64,000 bases of DNA from an uncultured Flavobacteriales bacterium (GTDB lineage: Bacteria > Bacteroidota > Bacteroidia > Flavobacteriales_D > Crocinitomicaceae): positions 50,815 through 114,814 of the forward strand of contig CAJWRM010000002.1 of NCBI GenBank assembly GCA_913046365.1, read 5' to 3'. A program made the position numbers and the translations under genes. The notes beneath the pieces are model-generated. The model saw nothing but the letters and a program-made list of their open reading frames with translations. It searched no databases and was not told the DNA's origin. Every line of letters starts with the position of its first letter. Position 1 is the first letter of the stretch. Of the stretch, positions 47,460 to 56,289 are shown piece after piece.

Positions 47460-48158
47460 ATGATGAAACCCAGAGTTTTCGTTCATGATATTGGCCTTAT
47501 TGACTATCAAGAAGGGTGGGATTATCAGGAGAGATTATTTAAGAAAGCGATAGACCACAAAATTGCCAAGCGCAAAGGTGAATCTAAAGGTAAAACGTCC
47601 AACCATTTGTTGTTCTGCCAGCACCCCCATGTGTATACCTTGGGAAAGAGTGGTAAAAAAGAGCATTTATTGCTCAATGATGTTGAGCTTTCGAAAAAAA
47701 AGGCAGTGTTTTATAAAATTAATAGGGGAGGAGATATTACCTATCATGGTCCAGGTCAGCTCGTTGTCTATCCAATATTAGATTTGGAGCAGTTTTTTAC
47801 CGATATCCATAAGTACATGCGATTTCTAGAGGAGGCTGTAATAAAGACAATCGCTGTCTATGGTTTAAAAGGAGAAAGACTTGATGGTATGACCGGTGTT
47901 TGGCTTGATCCCGGTAAATCGAATGAGCGAAAAATTTGCGCTTTGGGTGTCAAAGCATCTCGTTGGGTTACAATGCATGGTATTGGCTTTAATGTCAACA
48001 CGAATTTAGACTACTTTTCAAATATCATTCCTTGTGGAATAGAGGATAAAGCGGTAACTTCAATGCAAAAGGAGCTTGGCTCTCCTCTTGACCTCATTGA
48101 GGTGCAATCCATTTTACTTCAGGAGCTGAAAGATTTGTTTGGTTTCCGGGTTCTGTGA
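47460..48158 (+). CDS. lipB: Octanoyltransferase (lipoyl(octanoyl) transferase)
   Basis: RGGDITYHGPGQLVVYPIL, KICALGV, PCGI. Confidence 0.92.
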   Translation: MMKPRVFVHDIGLIDYQEGWDYQERLFKKAIDHKIAKRKGESKGKTSNHLLFCQHPHVYTLGKSGKKEHLLLNDVELSKKKAVFYKINRGGDITYHGPGQLVVYPILDLEQFFTDIHKYMRFLEEAVIKTIAVYGLKGERLDGMTGVWLDPGKSNERKICALGVKASRWVTMHGIGFNVNTNLDYFSNIIPCGIEDKAVTSMQKELGSPLDLIEVQSILLQELKDLFGFRVL

Positions 48159-49408
48159 TTAATGATTTTACAAAGATGAATAGATTTATAAAGTATGCTT
48201 CCTACATTGCGTTCAGCCTTATTTTGGTCGTGAACCTTTTCATCTTGTTATCGGGTCGATTTTATTTGTATTCTGGTATAAGCAAAACATATTTAATTGG
48301 CAAAACAGGTCCAGGAATTTATGATCTAGATGTTTTTCCCGTAAATACAGTTAAAAAGTCAACTTCACCTAAGAAATTAAAGGTTAAGTCAGGAGAAAAT
48401 GCAGCCCTTACAAAGAGTGAGGAAGAATACCTAAGCAGCATTGATACACGTGCTTTTTTGGTCTTCGAGAACGATACCTTGTTGCATGAGCAGTATTGGG
48501 AAGGACATTCTGCAAGCCAAGTATCTAATTCCTTTTCTGCTTCAAAAACTGTTATCGGGTTGCTTATCGGGATTGCTATAGAGGAAGGTAAGATTCCAAG
48601 CGTTGATGAACCTGTTTTCACTTATTTACCAGAATTTAAAACCAATGGCCGTGATGTTTTAACGATACGACACCTATTGTTAATGTCTGCTGGCTTTGAC
48701 TGGGAGGAAAGCGGAAAAAACCCTTTATCTGAAGCGGCAGAGGGCTATTATGGATCCGATCTATATGGTTTAGTAACTAGATTGAGAATGGTTGAAGAAC
48801 CCGGTAAGCGGTTTCATTACCAAAGTGGCAATTCACAGATTCTAGGTTTTATTTTGGAGGAAGCGACAGGGGTTACTTTAACTGAATATATGCACACTAA
48901 AATTTGGGAGCCAATAGGTGCTAGCAGCAATGCTTATTGGAGTCTAGACAAGGAAGAAGGAGATGAAAAAGCCTTCTGCTGTTTGTATGCTTCAGCCAGA
49001 GATTTCTCTCTTCTTGGCCAATTGGTTTTGAATGATGGAAACTTCAATGGGAATCAAATTATTTCTCAATCATTTTTGAAAGAGATGGTTAAAACCCCTT
49101 ATCTAACTACAGATGATGATGTCTCAAACATGCGTTATGGTTGGCATATCTGGGTGTATAAAAATCAAGGGAATCCTGTCCATTATTTTCGAGGCCTCAA
49201 AGGTCAATATATCATTGTGGTGCCAAATAAAAACAGAGTTATTGTTCGTTTAGGTGAAAAGAGAGGACCACATTATAAAATTCCTTCTGGTCAAATTATG
49301 GATAGTTCTTTCCGAGTCCAAAATGACGAAAAAATTGGCCATACAATTGATTTGTTTGAATATTTAAAGATTGCAGACCGTATTGTCATAGAACGAATGC
49401 AGAAATGA
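48155..49408 (+). CDS. Beta-lactamase-fold serine hydrolase (class C/esterase-like)
   Basis: SxxK motif (SASK) and an N-terminal TM anchor. The start could be GTG 48155, overlapping the lipB stop, or ATG 48176. Confidence 0.75.
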   Translation: MINDFTKMNRFIKYASYIAFSLILVVNLFILLSGRFYLYSGISKTYLIGKTGPGIYDLDVFPVNTVKKSTSPKKLKVKSGENAALTKSEEEYLSSIDTRAFLVFENDTLLHEQYWEGHSASQVSNSFSASKTVIGLLIGIAIEEGKIPSVDEPVFTYLPEFKTNGRDVLTIRHLLLMSAGFDWEESGKNPLSEAAEGYYGSDLYGLVTRLRMVEEPGKRFHYQSGNSQILGFILEEATGVTLTEYMHTKIWEPIGASSNAYWSLDKEEGDEKAFCCLYASARDFSLLGQLVLNDGNFNGNQIISQSFLKEMVKTPYLTTDDDVSNMRYGWHIWVYKNQGNPVHYFRGLKGQYIIVVPNKNRVIVRLGEKRGPHYKIPSGQIMDSSFRVQNDEKIGHTIDLFEYLKIADRIVIERMQK

Positions 49409-49812
49409 AAGAAAGTATAAAGGGTCCTAAAGTTGAAAACGTTGCTGTTGCAATCGTTCAATCTAAAGTTGAAGGAGAGTTGAGTTATTATGCTTATCTA
49501 TTGAGTACCAGGGATGATATTATGGAAGGCATTATCATCGCAAGTACTGGTTACGGTGAAAATACACAAACAGGTGAGACGATAAGAACCTCAACCCTAA
49601 GACATACGATAGAAGTTCTTTTACCGAACGAAGCTGCTAAAATAGAACCGATTATGCCAGAAGTTTTTGGTTTGTCCAATGAATACTGGGTAAGTTTTTG
49701 GGTTGATGGAATCATGTACGATAAACGCTTTGTATTTCCCGCCGAATCAATTTCAGAGCGTAATATGAGCATGATTTCTTCCTTGGGTCTTCAGGGTATT
49801 ATCATCAAGTAA
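49405..49812 (+). CDS. Hypothetical protein (135 aa)
   Basis: ATGA overlap with the upstream hydrolase gene. No recognised motif. Confidence 0.45.
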   Translation: MKESIKGPKVENVAVAIVQSKVEGELSYYAYLLSTRDDIMEGIIIASTGYGENTQTGETIRTSTLRHTIEVLLPNEAAKIEPIMPEVFGLSNEYWVSFWVDGIMYDKRFVFPAESISERNMSMISSLGLQGIIIK

Positions 49813-49822
49813 AGGTTATTCT

Positions 49823-50935
49823 TTAGAGCTGGTCTGAGATTTGTCGAAAGACATTCCACCAATTAACCCGTTCTGCCTCAACTTTATTTTCTCGGTCATT
49901 GTTGAGGACTATGACAATTCCTTTTTCGGGATAAATATACAGGTGCTGCTTGTATAAGCCAATAGCCATAAAATCCCCATATTTTTTAAGCCCTATATGC
50001 CATGAATAATTGAAATTAAAGCTACTACCATCGCTTGTGTCTCTTTTTATGGATTGATCATACCAATATTCGCTCAAAATTCTTTTGTCATTCCATAAGC
50101 CGCCATGCAGATAAAGTCTTCCGAATTTTGCATAATCCAATGCGCTTGCTGAAATGCAGCAAAAAGCTTTTTCAATTCCTTTTTTATCTGTTGACCAGTT
50201 CACTTCATCACTGATTCCAATGGGATGCCATAGTCGCTCTTTAGCATATTCACTTACGCTTTTCCCAACAGCTTTTGACAAGATGAGTCCTAATAGTTGT
50301 GTATTTATATTGAGGTATTCTTGCTGCTTTCCCGGCGCACATTCAAAACGTACTTTTTCTATTTCTTTTTGAATATTATTTCCATAATACATCCGTCCAT
50401 CCATAGCCAATGAGTTTTTAATTCCGGAGGTATGGTTCAGGAGATGTTTTATTTGAAGTTGAGCTGAGTTTTTATTTTGAATTAATTCAGGTAAGTATAC
50501 TTTAACGAATTGATCCTCACTTTCAAGGTATCCATCGTCTATGGCCATTCCAATAAGACAGGAAACCACGCATTTCGACATGGAGTAGGAGCTATGTAAT
50601 TTCTGTTTTAAATCCTTTTTATAGTTAAAAAGAATGGTGTCATTTTTAATAATGAGAAGCTCCCGAACTTTATGATGTTCGCAGAGTTCCTGAAGCGTAT
50701 TGAATTCAGGAAGGTCACTTGTCCAATCGTTAATCTTAATTAAAGGAGGGCTTATTCCTTTTTCGAATCGAAAGTTTGTTTTTTGTGGATCGATTGTTAT
50801 TGAGTGAAATCGGGATGCGTCTTTCTTGTCTGGGTGTCCAAGAAATATACTTTTCAAGGGGACACATGAAATGATACAACTGAGCATCGTTAAAGCCAGT
50901 AGCATGGGCTTTATAATTCTGTTAAGTGTCTTCAA
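49823..50935 (-). CDS. Beta-lactamase-fold serine hydrolase
   Basis: Signal/lipobox-like N-terminus (SCIISC), SxxK (SMSK) and YxN (YLN). Confidence 0.75.
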   Translation of the reverse strand: MKTLNRIIKPMLLALTMLSCIISCVPLKSIFLGHPDKKDASRFHSITIDPQKTNFRFEKGISPPLIKINDWTSDLPEFNTLQELCEHHKVRELLIIKNDTILFNYKKDLKQKLHSSYSMSKCVVSCLIGMAIDDGYLESEDQFVKVYLPELIQNKNSAQLQIKHLLNHTSGIKNSLAMDGRMYYGNNIQKEIEKVRFECAPGKQQEYLNINTQLLGLILSKAVGKSVSEYAKERLWHPIGISDEVNWSTDKKGIEKAFCCISASALDYAKFGRLYLHGGLWNDKRILSEYWYDQSIKRDTSDGSSFNFNYSWHIGLKKYGDFMAIGLYKQHLYIYPEKGIVIVLNNDRENKVEAERVNWWNVFRQISDQL

Positions 50936-50947
50936 AGTTCCATGGTC

Positions 50948-53200
50948 TTATCCGTTTCCGTGGAACTCATTTAAAATACCGATGAGGTCTTCCATCGTTT
51001 GAATTTGTCTTTCGATGTCTGGAATACTAGTCACGCCAACAGGTCCAACAATTAGAATTTTTTCGCCATTGCATTCTATATGATAAATAGGGTTTTCTAC
51101 TAAAAACTCTAATACCTCTGGCTTGAAATAGGCACGTATTTCGGATTCATTGGCTCCTTTTAAGAAATAGAACTTTGAGAATTCTGGATTTTCTTTAAAA
51201 TCAATGTCTCCCATAGAACCAAAGACCCGAACGCGATCAATAAATCGATCCACAAATTCCTCTCTACGCAGCACAAATGTTGGCGCCTTAAACGGTAAGT
51301 CTGAAATTTGTACGGTACAATGGTACACTTCCCTTGCAAGCATAGCACCTTCAGAAAAAGTAACATCTGTAAGTTCCCAATCTGCTGCTCCATCAAGGTA
51401 GGCTCCTTTGATGATATTTTCTTTGTACTCAATTGGTCGAGAGTCGAAAAAATGAAAACTTTCAAGGTTTTTAAAGCTATTGTCTTGTCCCAAAGTATAT
51501 GCCCATTTATGTTCAGCTGCAAGCCACTTAAACTTATTTTGACGCGGCGATGCTTTTTGGGCAACAGGTGCAATACTACTCTTTAAAGCAAATTTATGAG
51601 GGGTTGATGAAACATGTTTATGAAGTCCTACGATTTCTACACTTCCTCCTGAAAGCTCATGGTTTCGTTTGAAGTCATCAATTGCTTCTTGTACCGTGAG
51701 GTCAATTATTTTAGCACCAGAAAAATTTATTTTAAGGACTGATTTATCGGGAACCTCCTCCAGTTTTTTCAATATTTTGAGTAGCGTCATAAAGTTTGCA
51801 ACACCTCGAATACGCAACTCTAAACCCTCATTATTCTTTTTGAATTCTATATTCCCTGGCGAAAAGACATAAAGAAAAAATTGAGGGACTGATATTCTAG
51901 CAATTAGGATATGCGTAATTAATGTAATAATGATACCTGCAATTAGACCAAATAAAAGATTATTGTATAAGGTGAAAAGTAGTGTAGATACCATGAAAAC
52001 AAGTTGTTCAACCCCTTCTTTATAGACATCTTTAAATACTCTTGGAGATGCAAGTTTGATTCCAGCAAAAACGAGAACTGCAGCCAATGCAGCTAGAGGG
52101 ATCATATTCATTATCGGTTGAAGCAATACAATGAAGAATAGCACCAGAAATCCGTGAAAAAAGTTTGACCATTTTGTTTTTGCATTGTTTTGAACATTCA
52201 CGGTACTTCTTACAATTACATTTAAGATTGGCAGACCGCCAAGCATTCCAGACACAATCGTACTTGCACCTAAGCCCATCAAATCCTTATTTAAATTGGT
52301 TTTTCTTTTATATGGGTCAAGCTTATCTATCGCTTTGGCAGCAGCCAAACTAATTATTGATGATATGATTGTCATGGACAAAACGACCAACCAAAATACA
52401 CCACTGTTAATTCGAGAGAAATCAGGAAACAAGAACACCTCTGTTAGGTCTGAAGGGATGGACATTAAATAATTTGTGGGCTTTTCAAATGCAATACCCA
52501 TTACCTGCACTTGATTTACATCTAGATAGTTATACAGCAAAACAATCGATACAGAAATTGCTACGACCCATACTGGGGCAGGTATGATGTGAAAAACTTT
52601 GTAGCTTATTTTTGCGTGAAAAAACAGTAAAAAAACACCAATAGCCGAAATAAGAGCAATGTAAGGGTTTGCATTAGGCAATTGATCAACAAGGTCTTTT
52701 AAAATACCTATCGCGTTTCCGGCTGTTGAACTTGTTCCAATTGCTACGTGCATTTGTTTGGCAAAAATAATTACGCCAATCGCCGCCAAAATACCGTGAA
52801 TCACAGAGGACGGGAAGATTTCTGCAATACGCCCAAGTTTCAATAGGCCAAGAATCACCTGTAAAAGTCCTGAGACAACAATGGCAGCCAATACATAATT
52901 AAAGGCATGTCCACTCCCATCATCTAATGAGACAATGGCGCCAAAAATAACCGTAATCATTCCCGCTGCTGGACCATTAATCGTCAGCCTTCCGCTTCTA
53001 AAAAAGGTTGTCACTAGACCTGCAATCACACAAGATAGAAGTCCAGACAAGGGTTGTACGCCCGAGGCTATGGCGATAGCCATTGATAAAGGCAAGGCAA
53101 CAAGCGCTACACTGAGTGAAGCAATAACATCATTTCTCCAGTTCTCTTTGAAGCCTAAAAATCCTTCCTTTGGAATGTCGGATTTAGTTGGATTATACAT
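50948..53200 (-). CDS. SulP family anion transporter with STAS domain and an extra ~215-aa C-terminal domain
   Basis: SulP-type TM core (ALPLSMAIAIASG...) and a STAS-like segment at residues ~445-530. An unassigned soluble region follows to residue 750. Confidence 0.8.
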   Translation of the reverse strand: MYNPTKSDIPKEGFLGFKENWRNDVIASLSVALVALPLSMAIAIASGVQPLSGLLSCVIAGLVTTFFRSGRLTINGPAAGMITVIFGAIVSLDDGSGHAFNYVLAAIVVSGLLQVILGLLKLGRIAEIFPSSVIHGILAAIGVIIFAKQMHVAIGTSSTAGNAIGILKDLVDQLPNANPYIALISAIGVFLLFFHAKISYKVFHIIPAPVWVVAISVSIVLLYNYLDVNQVQVMGIAFEKPTNYLMSIPSDLTEVFLFPDFSRINSGVFWLVVLSMTIISSIISLAAAKAIDKLDPYKRKTNLNKDLMGLGASTIVSGMLGGLPILNVIVRSTVNVQNNAKTKWSNFFHGFLVLFFIVLLQPIMNMIPLAALAAVLVFAGIKLASPRVFKDVYKEGVEQLVFMVSTLLFTLYNNLLFGLIAGIIITLITHILIARISVPQFFLYVFSPGNIEFKKNNEGLELRIRGVANFMTLLKILKKLEEVPDKSVLKINFSGAKIIDLTVQEAIDDFKRNHELSGGSVEIVGLHKHVSSTPHKFALKSSIAPVAQKASPRQNKFKWLAAEHKWAYTLGQDNSFKNLESFHFFDSRPIEYKENIIKGAYLDGAADWELTDVTFSEGAMLAREVYHCTVQISDLPFKAPTFVLRREEFVDRFIDRVRVFGSMGDIDFKENPEFSKFYFLKGANESEIRAYFKPEVLEFLVENPIYHIECNGEKILIVGPVGVTSIPDIERQIQTMEDLIGILNEFHGNG

Positions 53201-53225
53201 TTATTCTAAATTAAAAATTTTTATG

Positions 53226-53263
53226 AAAAATGCATAAACACAAATGTGATTTTTTGTGTTTAT
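53226..53263 (-). terminator. Terminator of gpmI
   Basis: Perfect 11-bp inverted repeat ATAAACACAAA/TTTGTGTTTAT (53234-53263) overlapping the gpmI stop codon. On the minus strand it is followed by GCATTTTT. Confidence 0.6.
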
Positions 53264-54774
53264 ACCCAGGAGATTAAAATTTCTCCATCCATTTCATTCG
53301 GAGGAACTATGCCGAGTCGATTTAATATTGAGGGTGCAATGTCTGCGAGTTTTCCATTCTTTACCTTAAGATTCTGGTCGTCTGAGACATATATTATGGG
53401 CACTGGATTTGTAGTATGCGCAGTATTTGGGGTCTTATCGGGGTTGATTGCAAGGTCCGCATTTCCGTGGTCCGCAATCACAATGAATTCGTATCCAATT
53501 CTTTTGCCTTCAGTCACAATTTCCTCCAAACAATTGTCTACGGTTTCTACTGCTTTTACAATAGCGGCAAAGACCCCCGTATGACCGACCATGTCAGGGT
53601 TAGCAAAGTTTAAACAAATAAAGTCAGGATGATCCGATTTCATATATGATATGATTTGAGTCTTCACCTCTGGAGCACTCATTTCCGGCATTAGATCATA
53701 GGTTGCTATTTTTGGGGAGCTCACTAAAATCCGGTGTTCATTTTTAAAAGGAGCTTCTCGACCTCCATTGAAGAAAAACGTAACATGTGGGTACTTCTCT
53801 GTTTCAGCTATTCGGACCTGCGTTTTTCCTTCTTTTGAAAGAATATCGCCAAGTGTATTTAATAGATTATCCTTTTCGAATAAGACATAAAGACCATTGA
53901 ATGTTTCATCGTAGCGCGTCATACAACAATAATGAAGATCCATCTTTTTCATATCGAATTCAGGAAAATCTTTTTGTGTTAATGCGCTAGTAATTTCTCT
54001 TGGTCGGTCTGAACGGAAATTGAAACAAATTACAACATCCCCTTCATCGATAAGGCCATCATGATTTATTATTGCAGGCTCAATAAATTCATCAGTTATT
54101 CCTTTACTATAAGCGCTTTGAATCGCTTGAGAGGCATTGTTGAATTTATCTCCAATACCTTTGGTCATGAGCGCATGTGCTTTTTTGATTCGCTCCCACC
54201 TGTTGTCGCGGTCCATAGCAAAATAACGTCCTATTACTGATGCGATTTTAACTTGACCATCTGCGATAAAGTTTTCCAGTTTGCTTATGAATGTCAGACC
54301 GCTTTTAGGGTCACAATCTCGTCCGTCAGTAAATGCATGAATAAATACTTTGGGCATTTGGAGTTGCTTCGATAGTGTGCAAAGGGCGTGCAGGTGTTCT
54401 TGAGCACTGTGTACTCCTCCATCAGAAACTAAACCCATGAAGTGTACTTTTCTAGCCTCTTTTTTAGCCAGATTTAGCGCATCTAGCAAAATCACATTAC
54501 TAAAAAACGACTTGTCTTTTATGCTTTTGTTAATTCTAGTTAACTCTTGATAAACAATCCTTCCTGCGCCAATATTCAAATGTCCAACCTCAGAATTTCC
54601 CATTTGTCCCTCTGGCAATCCAACATCCTCTCCAAAAGTGGTCAGCTGGGCATTTGGATATCGTTTAATTAGTTGGTCATAAAAAGGAGTATTAGCAGAA
54701 TTAATGGCATCGGATTTATCTTTATTTCCGATACCCCAACCATCTAAAATGATTAAACCAATTTTATTCTCCAT
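53260..54774 (-). CDS. gpmI: 2,3-bisphosphoglycerate-independent phosphoglycerate mutase
   Basis: GLIILDGWG, NSEVGHLNIGAGR, ADHGNA. The start is placed at ATG 54774 (MENKIGL), overlapping the upstream kinase gene by 11 nt. Confidence 0.95.
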   Translation of the reverse strand: MENKIGLIILDGWGIGNKDKSDAINSANTPFYDQLIKRYPNAQLTTFGEDVGLPEGQMGNSEVGHLNIGAGRIVYQELTRINKSIKDKSFFSNVILLDALNLAKKEARKVHFMGLVSDGGVHSAQEHLHALCTLSKQLQMPKVFIHAFTDGRDCDPKSGLTFISKLENFIADGQVKIASVIGRYFAMDRDNRWERIKKAHALMTKGIGDKFNNASQAIQSAYSKGITDEFIEPAIINHDGLIDEGDVVICFNFRSDRPREITSALTQKDFPEFDMKKMDLHYCCMTRYDETFNGLYVLFEKDNLLNTLGDILSKEGKTQVRIAETEKYPHVTFFFNGGREAPFKNEHRILVSSPKIATYDLMPEMSAPEVKTQIISYMKSDHPDFICLNFANPDMVGHTGVFAAIVKAVETVDNCLEEIVTEGKRIGYEFIVIADHGNADLAINPDKTPNTAHTTNPVPIIYVSDDQNLKVKNGKLADIAPSILNRLGIVPPNEMDGEILISWV

Positions 54775-55660
54775 TTGGCAATTCAATAATAAATTTTGTC
54801 CCAGCGGGTTTGTTGTTTTCACATTTGATACGCCCTTTGTGAAGCTGCACAAATTCACTCGTTATAAATAGCCCCAAACCACTTCCTTTTTGGCTTCTTG
54901 AAATTTCATTACCTACTCTGTAAAATTTCTTAAAAACCTGTTGTTTTTCTTCTGCTGTTATTCCCGTTCCTTGGTCACTTATAATAATTTCAATAAACTT
55001 TTCATTTTGTTTTACAATGATTTCCATTTTGGGATTTTCACCTGAATATTTAATGGCATTTTCTAATAAATTATTAAATATTGTTTCAAGCATATATGTA
55101 TCGGCGTATATAATGTCTACCTCGCAATTCAGTTTGATCGTGGCTTGCTCATGGGAGGCTGTGAGCTCTGCAGTTTTGTTCTGTAAAAAGGTCTTTAAGG
55201 GAAAGATTTCTCGTCTTGGTGTAAAATCGTTACTCTCCAATCGAGAGGCATTGATAATATTTTCAATTAGTGACGAAAGACGTTGGTTTGAGCCAAGAGC
55301 TTTTGCAATTAAATCCGCTCGATCCTCTATTTTTAAGTTGCGTTTTTTTAGTGTTTGTAGTGCGAGCTGAATCGAGGTTAACGGGGTCTTCAATTCATGG
55401 GTAATCGAAAGCATGAAATTGTTTTGTCTTTGAGAAAGCTGAATTTCTTTTGCAATTGATTGCTGAATTTTCCAGAAACCAGCCATAAGGATCAAAATAA
55501 AAACGCCACCTTCGCCGATAATCATAATGATTCTGCGAGAGGTGTCTTCTTGCGTTTGGTCAGCAAGTGCACCAAGATCAATGATTTGATAGCCCCACCA
55601 TATAAATTGAAGCAGAACATAGAATGCCAATAAGTATATCAATATTTTAGACCGTGTCAT
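54764..55660 (-). CDS. Small sensor histidine kinase with two TM helices and a minimal external loop (no adjacent response regulator)
   Basis: H-box SITHELKTPLTSI, N-box NLLENAIKY, G-box GSGLGLFI. Confidence 0.85.
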   Translation of the reverse strand: MTRSKILIYLLAFYVLLQFIWWGYQIIDLGALADQTQEDTSRRIIMIIGEGGVFILILMAGFWKIQQSIAKEIQLSQRQNNFMLSITHELKTPLTSIQLALQTLKKRNLKIEDRADLIAKALGSNQRLSSLIENIINASRLESNDFTPRREIFPLKTFLQNKTAELTASHEQATIKLNCEVDIIYADTYMLETIFNNLLENAIKYSGENPKMEIIVKQNEKFIEIIISDQGTGITAEEKQQVFKKFYRVGNEISRSQKGSGLGLFITSEFVQLHKGRIKCENNKPAGTKFIIELPNGE

Positions 55661-55674
55661 AATTTATCCTTAAT

Positions 55675-56280
55675 TCAATCAAGCAGCTTAAAGAAAAGCT
55701 TTTTTTGTTTTACAATTTTAATTACTTCGGGTAGACTGTTTTTCATGTTCTGTTCACTTTTTTTGCTATTGTGAAATAGTAAGATATCGCGTCCTTTGAT
55801 CGTTCTAGCGTTATCAATTATTTGTGAATGCTCAAGCGATTTTTTATAGTCTTGTGCATTCCATGTCCACATGATAATTTTTTTTCCCATTGAAAGTAGG
55901 TTGTCAACCTGAAAAATATTTAGTCGTCCGTATGGTGGACGAAACAAATTTGAAGAATGAAGGCTTTCGGTTTTACGAACGGAGGTAATATATTCCGTTT
56001 TTTTTGTTTTGGTACCTTTTTCATGTTTATAGGTGTGGTTACCAATCGCATGTCCATTATTTAGAATTTCTTTGAAAAGAGAAGGGTTATTCTCAATATT
56101 TTGACCTATACAAAAAAAAGTGGCTTTGATGTTTTCTCTTCTCAATAAATCTAAGACCCATGGAGTTGTTTCTATATCTGGGCCATCGTCAAAAGTAAGG
56201 TACACTGCATTAGAATCCTCACCCCTCCATACCCGTCTCTTAAAAAGAAGTTGTACTAGAAAAGGGACTCTAAAAAACAT
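55675..56280 (-). CDS. Polysaccharide deacetylase (NodB homology domain)
   Basis: NodB motifs YLTFDDGP and GNHTYKH. Confidence 0.8.
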   Translation of the reverse strand: MFFRVPFLVQLLFKRRVWRGEDSNAVYLTFDDGPDIETTPWVLDLLRRENIKATFFCIGQNIENNPSLFKEILNNGHAIGNHTYKHEKGTKTKKTEYITSVRKTESLHSSNLFRPPYGRLNIFQVDNLLSMGKKIIMWTWNAQDYKKSLEHSQIIDNARTIKGRDILLFHNSKKSEQNMKNSLPEVIKIVKQKKLFFKLLD

Positions 56281-56289
56281 TATAAGGAT

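Noticed and set aside
51160-51586. Alternative-frame ORFs (51160-51573 minus, 51308-51586 plus) within the SulP C-terminal region
   Set aside because: I considered whether the unusual SulP C-terminal extension was a mis-fused separate gene. The main frame runs uninterrupted from the STAS domain to 50948, and the alternative frames give implausible sequences. They remain worth re-checking only if a frameshift is suspected.
53246-53613. Plus-strand ORFs antisense to the gpmI 3' end
   Set aside because: They lie inside a well-supported gpmI frame. The start region coincides with the gpmI terminator hairpin.
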